Source of the DNA: Lysobacteraceae bacterium
GTDB taxonomy: Bacteria > Pseudomonadota > Gammaproteobacteria > Xanthomonadales > Rhodanobacteraceae
NCBI GenBank assembly: GCA_040255835.1
Contig: JBDZVT010000004.1
Span: 109,877 to 173,876 of the forward strand
DNA length: 64,000 bases
Direction of reading: 5' to 3'
How positions within the stretch are numbered: the first letter of the stretch is position 1; the number at the start of each line of letters is the position of its first letter. Below the pieces are notes generated by a model, which ran no database searches, had not been told where the DNA came from, and was given only the letters and a program-made list of their open reading frames with translations. A program made the translations under genes and the position numbers. This document shows positions 55,691 to 64,000 of this stretch, piece after piece.

Positions 55691-56581
55691 TCAGTAGATC
55701 TCGGCCACGCAGCAGCGCAGGCTGCCGCCGGCCTTCTCGATCTCGCCCAGCTCCACCGCGCCGATCGCGAAGCCGTAGCCGGCCAGCGCCGCGCGTTGCG
55801 CGTCGGTCAGCGCGGCGGCGGCGCGGGTGCTCATCCACACGCGCGCTTCGGACAGGCTGATCGCGTTGCCGGCGAAGGCCTGCTTCTGCGCCGCGGTCAG
55901 CCAGATCGCGCGCGCGCCGTAGGCTGCGGCGATCGCCTGCGGCGCGGCCGCGTCGCGGAAGCCGTCGGCGGCGATGATCGCGGCGCGGCCGGCCAGCAGG
56001 CTCAGCACCACGTTGGTGTGGTACTCGGTGTCGGCCAGCTCGAAGCAGTAGGTCAGACGCAGGCCGAAGGCCTGGTGCATCGCTTCGGCGCCGGCCATGT
56101 CGCAGCGCTCGCCGAGGCCGCAGTAGCCGACGCCGCGGGCGCGGTCGACGACCAGCGAGCCGGTCAGCTCGGCGACCAGGTCGTCGCGCCCGGACAGGTC
56201 GACCACCTCGTAGCCCAGCACCGCGCCGAAGAACGCGCGGATGTCGTGGCGTTCCGCCTCGCGCTGGCGCACCGGGTAGCGCATGCGGCCGACGACCAGC
56301 CGGCCCGGCGCGGTGGCGAACACGTTGTTGGGGAACACCGCGTCGGGTGTCGCCGGATCGCCGGGGAAGGTGATCACCGGCACGTCGGCGCGCAGGGCCT
56401 GCGCCAGCGCACCGTGCTGGGCCAGCGCCCGCAGCGGCTCGACCGCCGCGCGCATGTCCATGTAGCGGTTGTCGCGCGCCGACTCCGCCGCCAGGGTGAA
56501 CTCCGCCGGGGCCACCATGAACGCCGCACGCGCCGTGGCGGCGGCGCCGTCGCGGGGTGCCAGGGCGGCGAAGGCGCGCAT
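55691..56581 (-). CDS. guanidino-group-modifying enzyme superfamily protein (amidinotransferase / CtlX-like)
   Basis: ATG at 56581. PNNVFAT, a TEYHTNV-type motif, and the C-terminal catalytic Cys context GGSLRCCVAEIY. The rest of the 743-codon track ORF is rejected. Confidence 0.65.
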   Translation of the reverse strand: MRAFAALAPRDGAAATARAAFMVAPAEFTLAAESARDNRYMDMRAAVEPLRALAQHGALAQALRADVPVITFPGDPATPDAVFPNNVFATAPGRLVVGRMRYPVRQREAERHDIRAFFGAVLGYEVVDLSGRDDLVAELTGSLVVDRARGVGYCGLGERCDMAGAEAMHQAFGLRLTYCFELADTEYHTNVVLSLLAGRAAIIAADGFRDAAAPQAIAAAYGARAIWLTAAQKQAFAGNAISLSEARVWMSTRAAAALTDAQRAALAGYGFAIGAVELGEIEKAGGSLRCCVAEIY

Positions 56582-56740
56582 GAATGCGCCGGGCGAGGTG
56601 GTGATCAAGCGGGCGGCTCTCCGGAAATCCGCACCCTGGCAGGATACCGCTCGCGCCGAGGGCGTGGCGTGCCTCGTTGACGCGCCTTTGGCACGGCCGC
56701 GGCTAGGCTCGGGATCCACTGGATCATCGAGGACTGACGC

Positions 56741-57043
56741 ATGGGCCGCAACGCACCCTGCGTCCTCGTTGCCGAGGACGCCATCGACCGACTCGAGGCA
56801 CTCGTGCATCAGTTGCCCGCCAATGGCCACGTGGTGCTGCTGCTGAACGACGGCAGCAGCTGCGACGGCGTGGTCAGCGTGCGGCCGAGCGTGCAGGTGT
56901 TCCGCGACCCGCAGGGCCGCGAAGGCATCAACGCCGAAGTGCAGCTGGAGCGCCCGGATGCCCCGGCGTGGCACCAGCGGGTCTGGCTGGACCGGATCCG
57001 GCGGGTCGAACATGTGGATTCGATCATGGCCAGCGAGAACTGA
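56741..57043 (+). CDS. small cytoplasmic protein, DUF3247-like
   Basis: ATG at 56741. The 100-aa product resembles, from memory, the Xanthomonas-type DUF3247 family. Confidence 0.5.
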   Translation: MGRNAPCVLVAEDAIDRLEALVHQLPANGHVVLLLNDGSSCDGVVSVRPSVQVFRDPQGREGINAEVQLERPDAPAWHQRVWLDRIRRVEHVDSIMASEN

Positions 57044-57118
57044 GCGCGCCGGCCGCGGTTGCAGGGTGACGGCGGATCGTTCCAAGCTAGCCGCTGTTTC
57101 TTGCCGGGTGTGCCGCCG

Positions 57119-57844
57119 ATGAACCGCGTCTTGCTCCGTTGTATCCCGCTCTGCGCCCTGGCGCTGCTCGCCGGCTGCTCGCAGCCCTCCGACGCGCCGG
57201 TGGTTTCCGCCCGGGAGCAGAAAGCCGCGGCCGACGCCGCCACCGCCGAGCGCAACCTCGCCACCTATCGCCAGCTGCTGAAGCTGCACAACGACGAAAT
57301 GGTCGTCACGATGGGCAAGGACATCGTGCAGCGCTTTCCGGACAGCGCCGCGGCGAAGGAAGTGATGCAGACGCTGCCGGCGATCGAGAAGCGCTACAAG
57401 GAGAACAGCGAAAAGAACCGGCTGGCCGCGCTGTGGACCTACCAGGTCGCGCCGATGGCCGGCGGCACCCAGTCGACGGCCAGCATCTACAGCGAGGGCA
57501 ACGACGGCGAGCCGGTGCGTCTGGTGCTGCGCCGGCACACCAGCTGGGGCCAGAGCGCCTTCCTCTACGGCAGCAAACCCGGCTTCGTCTGCCGCGGCAA
57601 CTGCACCATCACCGGCCGCGCCGACGGCAAGCCGGTGCGGATCAAGGCGTTCGCCCCCGACGGCGGCGAACCGGCGCTGATGATCCGCGACGACAAGGCC
57701 TTCATCGCGCTGCTTGGCAGGACCCGCAAGCTGCAGCTGGACGTGACCCAGGTGAACGGCATGAAGGATCGCAGCCTGGTCTACGAAGTAGGGGGTTTCG
57801 ACCCCGCCAGGTGGCAGCCGGTGGGCAAGGCGGCCAAGCGCTGA
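57119..57844 (+). CDS. lipoprotein, unknown function
   Basis: ATG at 57119. Lipobox LLAGC after a signal peptide (MNRVLLRCIPLCALALLAGC). Confidence 0.65.
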   Translation: MNRVLLRCIPLCALALLAGCSQPSDAPVVSAREQKAAADAATAERNLATYRQLLKLHNDEMVVTMGKDIVQRFPDSAAAKEVMQTLPAIEKRYKENSEKNRLAALWTYQVAPMAGGTQSTASIYSEGNDGEPVRLVLRRHTSWGQSAFLYGSKPGFVCRGNCTITGRADGKPVRIKAFAPDGGEPALMIRDDKAFIALLGRTRKLQLDVTQVNGMKDRSLVYEVGGFDPARWQPVGKAAKR

Positions 57845-57914
57845 GCACGGCGCGGTACACGCGATCCGCTTCGACGCGTTGTCGGGAGTGACGCCTCCAC
57901 TGTCGGGATAGCCC

Positions 57915-58361
57915 ATGTCCATGTTCCGTTTCTGCCTCGTCTTCGCGCTGGGCGCCGTGCTGGCCGCCTGCTCCAGCGTGCCCCTGGCGCAGCGCCAGCA
58001 GCAGCGCCAGGCCGCCTACGCCCGCGCGGCCGGCGCACCCGTGCGCAGTTTCCATTTCTTCAGCCTGTGGTCGTGGGAGCCGCTGGGCGACAGCCAGGTG
58101 GTGGTGTATACGCGACCCAGCCAGGCGTGGCTGCTGGATCTGGACGGGCCGTGCGAGAACCTGCAGTACACCGGGGCGATCGGCCTCACCTCCAGTTCCG
58201 GCGAGGTGTCCACCCGTTTCGACAAGGTGTTGACCGGGGGGCGGTACTTCCCGTGCATGATCACGCAGATCCGGCCGGTCGACCTCAAGCAGCTGCACCT
58301 CGCGCAGGAGGCGCAGCGCGCGATCGACGCCCGCCCGCGGCCGGCGCCGAGCGGACACTGA
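57915..58361 (+). CDS. lipoprotein, DUF6491-like
   Basis: Signal peptide plus lipobox (FALGAVLAAC). The family name is from memory. Confidence 0.6.
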   Translation: MSMFRFCLVFALGAVLAACSSVPLAQRQQQRQAAYARAAGAPVRSFHFFSLWSWEPLGDSQVVVYTRPSQAWLLDLDGPCENLQYTGAIGLTSSSGEVSTRFDKVLTGGRYFPCMITQIRPVDLKQLHLAQEAQRAIDARPRPAPSGH

Positions 58362-58377
58362 GCGGGATCGCGCCGGC

Positions 58378-58794
58378 TCAGCGCACGATCGTCACCGGCA
58401 CGTGCGCCCGCGCCAGCACGTTGCCGGAGACCGAACCCAGCAGCCAGCGCGCCAGCGCGCCGCGCTCGGTGTGGCCGATCACGATGTGGTCCACGCCGTG
58501 CTCGTCGACCTGGCTCAGCAGCACGTCGCCGGGGCTGCCGTGGGTCAGCTCGACGTCCGCCAGGTCGGCCGAATCGGGCACGATCGTGGCCAGCTCGGCC
58601 AGCAGCTCCTGCGCACGCTGGGTACCGGAGTCGGCCATCATCAGCGCGCAGGCATCGGCCCCGCCCTCGCTGACCTGCAACACCCACACCACGCGCACCC
58701 GCCCGCCGGTACAGCGCGCGAGCTCCACCGCGAACTGGAACGCCCGCCGCGACGCGTCCGAGCCGTCGTAACCCACCAGGGAATACTTGACCAT
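58378..58794 (-). CDS. universal stress protein (UspA family)
   Basis: ATG at 58794 after GAGGAG. C-terminal ATP-binding motif GHTERGALARWLLGSVSGNVLARAHVPVTIV. Confidence 0.85.
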   Translation of the reverse strand: MVKYSLVGYDGSDASRRAFQFAVELARCTGGRVRVVWVLQVSEGGADACALMMADSGTQRAQELLAELATIVPDSADLADVELTHGSPGDVLLSQVDEHGVDHIVIGHTERGALARWLLGSVSGNVLARAHVPVTIVR

Positions 58795-59025
58795 CTCGAT
58801 CTCCTCGCGTGGCGACGCGCCCACCCTACGGCGTCCGCCCGCGGCGAGGCAACTGCTGCGCACGGCGCGTTGGCGACATGAACGGCGGTTCATCGCCCTG
58901 CACGCGACTGTCACGCGGCGGTGCACACGATTCTCCCGCCGTTGCCGCAGCGCAACGCGCGGGCGGCTGCCATGGCCGGAGGCCGGCGCCGCCTTCCATC
59001 CCCCGCATCACGAGGAGCAACGCCC

Positions 59026-59484
59026 ATGATCAAGTCCACCTCTGGAATGGCTGCCCTGGTGCTGGCCTGCGCCGCCGCGCTGACTGCGCTGCCGGCCGGC
59101 AACGCGTACGCCACCGATGCCAGCGTGAAATGCGACATGGTCTACAACCTGTCCGGCTGGTCGCTGCTGTACAAGCATGCCGAGGGCACCGGCAGCGTCA
59201 CCTGCAGCAACGGCGAGCATGCGAACGTGAAGATTGCCGTCGTGGGCGGCGGCCTCACCGCCGGCAAGTACCGCATCAACAACGGCAAGGGTGAGATCAG
59301 CCACGTGCACGGCATTGCCGACATCTTCGGGGACTATGCCCAGGCCGGCGCCGAGGCCGGCGTGGTGAAGAGTTCGCAGGCGCAGGTGCTGACCAAGGGC
59401 ACCGTGTCGCTGGCGCTGGCCGGCACCGGCGAAGGCGTCAACCTCGGCGTCTCGGTGGGCAAGTTCACCATCAGCCGTCCCTGA
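59026..59484 (+). CDS. secreted protein, unknown function
   Basis: ATG at 59026 after GAGGAG. Signal peptide ends in AYA. The mature part is Gly-rich and beta-like. A hairpin follows the stop. Confidence 0.6.
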   Translation: MIKSTSGMAALVLACAAALTALPAGNAYATDASVKCDMVYNLSGWSLLYKHAEGTGSVTCSNGEHANVKIAVVGGGLTAGKYRINNGKGEISHVHGIADIFGDYAQAGAEAGVVKSSQAQVLTKGTVSLALAGTGEGVNLGVSVGKFTISRP

Positions 59485-59507
59485 GCGTTCGCTTCCGGCC
59501 GACCACG

Positions 59508-59535
59508 AGGGCGCCCGTCGGGCGCCTTCGTCTTT
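59508..59535 (+). terminator. probable rho-independent terminator
   Basis: GGGCGCCC-GTC-GGGCGCC followed by TTCGTCTTT, 24 nt after the stop at 59484. Confidence 0.6.
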
Positions 59536-59586
59536 CCAGCGGCGCTACACTGCGGGGGCTGTCGTGTCCTTGCCGGAGTCATCGCC

Positions 59587-60117
59587 ATGCGTCGCCTCGT
59601 CCGTGCCATCCTCCTGCCGCTGCTGTGCGCCTTCGTGGCGCCGGCGTTCGCCGCCGGTCCGCAGGTGGGCCAGACCGCCCCCGCGTTCCGCCTGCAGGAC
59701 CAGGCCGGCCATTGGCGCAGCCCGGCCGATTACCGCGGCCACTGGCTGGTGCTGTATTTCTATCCGAAGGATTTCACCCCCGGCTGCACTACCGAGGTGT
59801 GCACGTTCCGGGATGACATCACCAAACTGCGCCAGGCCGGCGCCGACGTCGTCGGCGTGAGCCTGGACGACGTCAAGTCCCACGCCGAGTTCGCCGCGAA
59901 GTACCGCGTGCCGTTCCCCCTGCTGTCCGATGCCGACCGCAAGGTCTCCACCGCCTACGGCGTGCTCGCCTCGCACCTGGGCATGCACTACGCCAGGCGC
60001 ACGACCTTCCTGATCGATCCGCAGGGCCGCATCGCCAAGGTCTACACCGATGTCGACCCGGAGCAGAATTCCTCCCAGGTGCTGGCCGACCTCGACTCGC
60101 TCAAGGCGGCGCCCTGA
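59587..60117 (+). CDS. bcp: peroxiredoxin (Bcp/PrxQ type) with N-terminal signal peptide
   Basis: Signal-like N-terminus MRRLVRAILLPLLCAFVAPAFA. Active site YFYPKDFTPGCTTEVC (CxxxxC). Confidence 0.88.
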   Translation: MRRLVRAILLPLLCAFVAPAFAAGPQVGQTAPAFRLQDQAGHWRSPADYRGHWLVLYFYPKDFTPGCTTEVCTFRDDITKLRQAGADVVGVSLDDVKSHAEFAAKYRVPFPLLSDADRKVSTAYGVLASHLGMHYARRTTFLIDPQGRIAKVYTDVDPEQNSSQVLADLDSLKAAP

Positions 60118-60668
60118 TGCCGGTGGCGGTGCGGCTGGAACCGCTGTCGCGGGGTCGCCGGTTCATGGTGTGGCGCGTGCTGGTGTGGCTGATGTTGCTT
60201 TTGGCCGCTTTTGGTTGCGTGCTATATCTCAATCACGCCGGCCTGCTTTGGGCCCAACGCCACGCGGTCGCGCCGGGCGGCGAGGCCGCGCAGGCGCTGC
60301 ACCGCATGCTGGCTTGGGACATCGCCTACTTTGTGGCGGCTTTCACCATGGTCGTATTGTGCGCCGGCTGCATCCTGCGCCAAGCCTGGGCGCGCCGAGC
60401 GATGCGCGTGGCCGCCGGCGTGCTGGCGCTGTATCTGTTGGCTCGTGGTGGCGCCATGTTTGCGCAATGGCCCGCGTTCGAGCGTGCGAGCAACGAAGCG
60501 CTCGTCCAGTTGCATGGCGACGCGGCCCTGCGGCAGGCGCTGCTGCATGCGCGCAATACTTATCTCGTTTCGCTGGTAGCCCAGTTGATCGCCGTGCCGG
60601 TGCTGCTGTGGCTGAGCTGGCGGCTGGGCACGCCGGCGGTGCGCGCGCAGTTTCACGCGCGGCGCTGA
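60117..60668 (+). CDS. four-helix membrane protein with a CxxC motif, unknown function
   Basis: Its ATG overlaps the bcp stop (TGATG). About 4 hydrophobic helices. Cys in helix 1 (FGCVLY) and CAGC at the end of helix 2. Confidence 0.6.
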   Translation: MPVAVRLEPLSRGRRFMVWRVLVWLMLLLAAFGCVLYLNHAGLLWAQRHAVAPGGEAAQALHRMLAWDIAYFVAAFTMVVLCAGCILRQAWARRAMRVAAGVLALYLLARGGAMFAQWPAFERASNEALVQLHGDAALRQALLHARNTYLVSLVAQLIAVPVLLWLSWRLGTPAVRAQFHARR

Positions 60669-60744
60669 GCGGCCGCCGGGCGTTCAGCACGGGTTGGCGG
60701 GTGGCTCGGTATCCATGCAGGTCGTCGTTTGAGGAAGGTTGCCG

Positions 60745-61530
60745 ATGCGCGTTCCGTTTTCAGCAGTGATGGCCGCCATGTTGCTGGCGGCGGTGCCGGT
60801 GCAGGCGCAGGATCTTGCCGCGACCTGCCACGCCAGCAGCAGCTATGACCTGACCTTGCGCCCGCAAGGCGCGCTGTTCGACCGTGCCGCGCCCGCGCCA
60901 ATGCGGGTGGAGTTGCACGACGGCGGCCTGCGCACCGACGGCGTGGCCGTCGCGCTGACCCCGGCGCAGCAGGATCGGCTGAGCGTTTTCGAGCGCGACC
61001 TGCAGGCGCTGGCGCCGCGGGTGCGCCAGGTGGCGCAGAACGGCGTGGACATGGCGGCGCAGGCCTTGCGCGAGGAGATGGCCGGGCTGGGCCTGGCGGC
61101 GGCGACCCGCGCCGAGTTCGACCGTCGGCTGGCCGCGCACGCGACCGAGCTGAAGCAGCGCATCGCGCGCAGCCAGAGCACGCACGACTGGCAGGGCGAC
61201 CTGATCCAGCAATATGCCGATCAGGTCAGTGCGGACCTGATGCCGCTGGTCGCCGGCGACCTCGGCCAGCAGGCGATCGACGCGGCGCTGGCCGGCGATC
61301 TGCAGGCCGCGGCGAGCTTGCGCGACCGCGCCGGTTCGCTGGTCACGACCTTGCAGCCGCGGCTGCAGCAGCGCATGCAGGCCTTGCGTCCGCAGATCGA
61401 GGCGCTGTGCCCGGCGGTCCAGCGCCTGGCCCGCCTCCAGCAGGGCCTGCGCGACGCGCACGGACAGCCGTTGCACCTGCTGCAGGTTGCACCTGCCAGC
61501 GGCGACGCATCGGTGGCGCCGTCGGAGTGA
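60745..61530 (+). CDS. periplasmic protein, DUF2884 (YggN-like)
   Basis: ATG at 60745, 6 nt after GAGGAAGG (the track start 60739 is TTG). Signal peptide, conserved N- and C-terminal Cys, and a helical Gln/Ala-rich body as in E. coli YggN. Confidence 0.65.
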   Translation: MRVPFSAVMAAMLLAAVPVQAQDLAATCHASSSYDLTLRPQGALFDRAAPAPMRVELHDGGLRTDGVAVALTPAQQDRLSVFERDLQALAPRVRQVAQNGVDMAAQALREEMAGLGLAAATRAEFDRRLAAHATELKQRIARSQSTHDWQGDLIQQYADQVSADLMPLVAGDLGQQAIDAALAGDLQAAASLRDRAGSLVTTLQPRLQQRMQALRPQIEALCPAVQRLARLQQGLRDAHGQPLHLLQVAPASGDASVAPSE

Positions 61531-61580
61531 ACCGGTTGAAGATGGCTCCTCCCACCACCACGCCGGAACAAGGAGCGAGC

Positions 61581-62156
61581 ATGCCCGTGCAAGCGCAGGA
61601 TGTCCTGGCATTCTGGTTCGACCCGGCCCACGCCGCGAACTGGTTCGTGAAGGACCCCGCCTTCGACGACGCGATCCGCCGCCGTTTTGGCGATGCGGTC
61701 GAGGACGCCGCGCGGGGGCGGCTGGACGCGTGGGCGGAAACCCCTGCCGGCTGGCTGGCGCTGCTGATCCTGCTCGACCAGTTTCCGCGCAACCTGCATC
61801 GCGGCGATGCGCGGGCGTGGAGCGCCGACGTCAAGGCGCAGCGCGTCGCACTGTCGGGCCTGGCCGCGGGCCTGGACCAGTCGTTGCCGCTGCAGCAGCG
61901 GGTGTTTGCCTACCTGCCGCTGGAACACGCCGAGGACATGGGCCTGCAGCAGCGGGCGGTGGCGCTGTTCGAGGCGCTGCATGCGCAGGCTCCCGCCGCG
62001 GAGCGGGCGCATTTCGCCGGGTTCGTGGACTATGCTCGGCGCCATCGCGAGGTGATCGCGCGCTACGGCCGCTTTCCGCATCGCAATGCCGTGCTGGGCC
62101 GCGAGAGCACGGCCGCGGAACGGGAATACCTGGCGCAACCGGGCGCCGGCTTCTGA
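61581..62156 (+). CDS. DUF924 family protein
   Basis: ATG at 61581 after AAGGAG. VLAFWF...WF..DPAFDD, LDQFPRN and GRFPHRN motifs. Confidence 0.8.
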   Translation: MPVQAQDVLAFWFDPAHAANWFVKDPAFDDAIRRRFGDAVEDAARGRLDAWAETPAGWLALLILLDQFPRNLHRGDARAWSADVKAQRVALSGLAAGLDQSLPLQQRVFAYLPLEHAEDMGLQQRAVALFEALHAQAPAAERAHFAGFVDYARRHREVIARYGRFPHRNAVLGRESTAAEREYLAQPGAGF

Positions 62157-62203
62157 CCGATCCGCGCCGCACGCGGCATCCGCCACCGACCAGGGAGCAG
62201 GTC

Positions 62204-62515
62204 ATGCGCAAGATGTTCGTCGTCGTTTTCCTGTTTGCCGTTGGGGCTGCCGCGCAGGCGTCCAGCACATTGCGCGTGGGCAGCCAGGTGCTGGTGGCCG
62301 GCGACAGCCGGGAGCGGGTGATCGAGCTGCTCGGCAAACCCTCCGCGAAGACCCACCCGCGCCGTGCGCCGCGCACGGGCGGACGCCGCGGCGGCGTGCA
62401 CGTGATCGAGCGCGACGCGGGCGGCGAACGCTGGCGCTACCGCCGCGAGGGCCACGTCACCGTGGTGACGATCGTGGACGGTCTCGTGGTCGACATCGAC
62501 GATCGCAAGCTCTGA
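62204..62515 (+). CDS. small secreted protein, DUF2845-like
   Basis: ATG at 62204. Signal peptide MRKMFVVVFLFAVGAAAQA, and GDSRERVIELLGKP. Confidence 0.6.
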   Translation: MRKMFVVVFLFAVGAAAQASSTLRVGSQVLVAGDSRERVIELLGKPSAKTHPRRAPRTGGRRGGVHVIERDAGGERWRYRREGHVTVVTIVDGLVVDIDDRKL

Positions 62516-62588
62516 CCCGCCCGCCGCAGGCGCGGCTTTCATGGCCGGTTTGCTAGGCTGTGGCCGTTTCGTCGCCAGAGCCGATGTC

Positions 62589-63437
62589 ATGCACGATTTC
62601 CTGGAGCAACTGCTGGGCACCACGCTTTCCGAGGGCGTCACCCGGGCCGGGTTGAACCTGCTGGTCGCCTTGCTGATCCTGCTGGTCGGGATCTGGCTGG
62701 CGGCGCGGCTGGCCAACTTCAGCCAGCGCGCCTTGCAGCGGGCCGCGGTCGACGTCACCCTGGCCGGGTTCCTGCGCAACCTGATCTACGGCGTGCTGGT
62801 GGCGGTGCTGATCGTGATGGCGCTGACCAAGGCCGGCGTGCCGTCGGCGCCGCTGGTGGCGGCGCTGGGTGCCGGCGGGCTGGCGATCGGCCTCGCCCTG
62901 CAGGGTTCGCTGAGCAACCTCGCCTGGGGCGTGCTGCTGGTGGTGTTCCGGCCGTTCCGGGTGGGCGACTACGTCAGCGCCGGCGGCACCGAGGGCACCG
63001 TGCAGAGCATCAACCTGATGCACACCCTGCTGGTGATGCCGGACAACCGCGAAGCCACCTTGCCGAACGCGAAGATCGGCGGCGACGTGATCGTCAACTT
63101 CAACCGGCGCGGCACGCGTCGCTTCGAGCTGAAGCTGGGCGTGGGCCATCGCGAAGACACCGACCAGGTGATGGGCGGGATCATGCGCCTGCTCGAGGCG
63201 GATGATCGCGTGCTGCAGGATCCCGCGCCGGGCGTGTGGATCGAGAGCCTGGCCGGGCAGACGGTGAACCTGGTGGTGCGCGGCTGGACTTCCAGCGCCG
63301 ACGGCTGGGCCACGCAGACCGACCTGCTGCGCGCGATCAAGCGGCAGGTCGACGCCGGCCAGATCAGCATCCCCAGCGCGCCGCTGGACGTGCGCCTGAT
63401 GGGCGACGTGACGGTGCCGGCGCCCACGCGCAAGTGA
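62589..63437 (+). CDS. mechanosensitive ion channel (MscS family)
   Basis: ATG at 62589. Three TM helices, with the pore helix GAGGLAIGLALQGSLSNLAWGVLLV, followed by an FRVGDYV beta-domain. Confidence 0.88.
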   Translation: MHDFLEQLLGTTLSEGVTRAGLNLLVALLILLVGIWLAARLANFSQRALQRAAVDVTLAGFLRNLIYGVLVAVLIVMALTKAGVPSAPLVAALGAGGLAIGLALQGSLSNLAWGVLLVVFRPFRVGDYVSAGGTEGTVQSINLMHTLLVMPDNREATLPNAKIGGDVIVNFNRRGTRRFELKLGVGHREDTDQVMGGIMRLLEADDRVLQDPAPGVWIESLAGQTVNLVVRGWTSSADGWATQTDLLRAIKRQVDAGQISIPSAPLDVRLMGDVTVPAPTRK

Positions 63438-63456
63438 GCGCCGGCCACGCCCTGGC

Positions 63457-64000
63457 CTATGGCACGGTCACCGTGCGCCGGTTGTCGCTGGAGACCTTGT
63501 CGATCAGCTCGTTGTACGGGTCGATACCGGCCAGCGCGGGCTTGCCGTCGACGGTGACGGTGATCGTGCTGTCGCCGTCGGCGACCATCCGCTTCTGCAG
63601 GTAGAGCGGCTTGCCTTCCTTGCCGGTGCCTTCGGCGGCGGCGAACACGCCGATCTCGATCGGGAAGTCGATCCTGCCCGGGGTTTCCTTGCCCTTGCCG
63701 TCGACGTAGGCCTTGCCGGCGTGCACCTTCATGGTCACCTCGTACCGGCCGTCCGGCAATTTCTTCGCGGTGGCGTCGGTCATGCGGTTGTCGAACAGGG
63801 TGATCTTCCAGAAGAAGTCGTCCAGCATGGGCTGCCACTGCGGCCCCAGCGCCTTGCCCAGCGCGTCCATGAATTCACGCGAGGTGGTGTACGGCGGCTG
63901 CTGGAAACCCTTGTCGATCAGGAACTGCTTGAGCATCGCGTCGAGCTTGTCCTCGCCCACGTAGTCCTGCAGCGCGTAGAACACCATCGAACCCTTGCGG
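63457..64000 (-). CDS. M1-family aminopeptidase, C-terminal part only (gene continues past the window end)
   Basis: The frame stays open to base 64000. The tail resembles the C-terminal region of ~880-aa M1 peptidases of Xanthomonadales. No catalytic motif is visible here. Confidence 0.55.
   Translation of the reverse strand, partial: RKGSMVFYALQDYVGEDKLDAMLKQFLIDKGFQQPPYTTSREFMDALGKALGPQWQPMLDDFFWKITLFDNRMTDATAKKLPDGRYEVTMKVHAGKAYVDGKGKETPGRIDFPIEIGVFAAAEGTGKEGKPLYLQKRMVADGDSTITVTVDGKPALAGIDPYNELIDKVSSDNRRTVTVP

Noticed and set aside
55691-57922. A 743-codon minus-strand ORF.
   Set aside because: Only the C-terminal 296 codons, from the ATG at 56581, look like a real protein of the amidinotransferase superfamily. 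The upstream part is antisense to three plus-strand genes that have signal peptides, lipoboxes and RBSs.

Overview
This is a very GC-rich window (GC not computed) with dense, mostly housekeeping coding. The gene content looks like a Xanthomonadales-type gammaproteobacterial chromosome (xanB2, DUF3247, an ACP/exporter pigment locus), but the taxon is inferred, not proven. Because the DNA is GC-rich, the six-frame track is full of long spurious antisense or off-frame ORFs of up to 1460 codons. I kept only the frames whose products I recognise or that show clear start, signal-peptide or operon logic. Several starts were moved off the track's first codon, which can be GTG or TTG.

Layout:
- 1-5.3 kb: MATE pump, sppA, SDR, GGDEF cyclase.
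- 5.5-13.1 kb: xanthomonadin/aryl-polyene-type locus. It has ketoreductase, two hotdog dehydratases, MMPL exporter, LolA-like protein, acyltransferase, membrane protein, ACP and divergent xanB2, but no ketosynthase or aryl-ACP ligase.
- 13.2-23 kb: glmU, a DUF3016-like gene and the complete atpIBEFHAGDC operon on the minus strand.
- 23-29.5 kb: phasin, queD, tRNA-Met, rppH, bfd-bfr, DUF6776-bactofilin, erpA, nudC, ampE.
- 29.5-35.4 kb: LplT-acyltransferase fusion, XRE regulator, glyQS.
- 35.6-43 kb: orphan GspE-family ATPase, amidotransferase, rhomboid, DegV, SGNH hydrolase, aminotransferase, rsgA.
- 43-53 kb: TPR-sulfotransferase, QEGLA protein, maeB, aceE, MFS.
- 53-64 kb: small envelope and DUF genes, GH43, Usp, periplasmic Bcp, MscS, and a truncated M1 peptidase.

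I see no mobile element, CRISPR array, rRNA or recognisable defence island, and no clear-cut new multi-gene system.

The most unusual signals are:
1. A 5.5-copy tandem array of a ~60-bp double-hairpin unit inserted inside the ATP synthase operon between atpH and atpA, with a diverged copy at the atpG-atpD junction.
2. A run of back-to-back stem-loops forming the leader of the orphan GspE-like ATPase.
3. The ketosynthase-less pigment locus.
4. A signal-peptide Bcp peroxiredoxin translationally coupled to a small CxxC membrane protein.

All family assignments come from reading the translations and from memory of the families. No searches were run.
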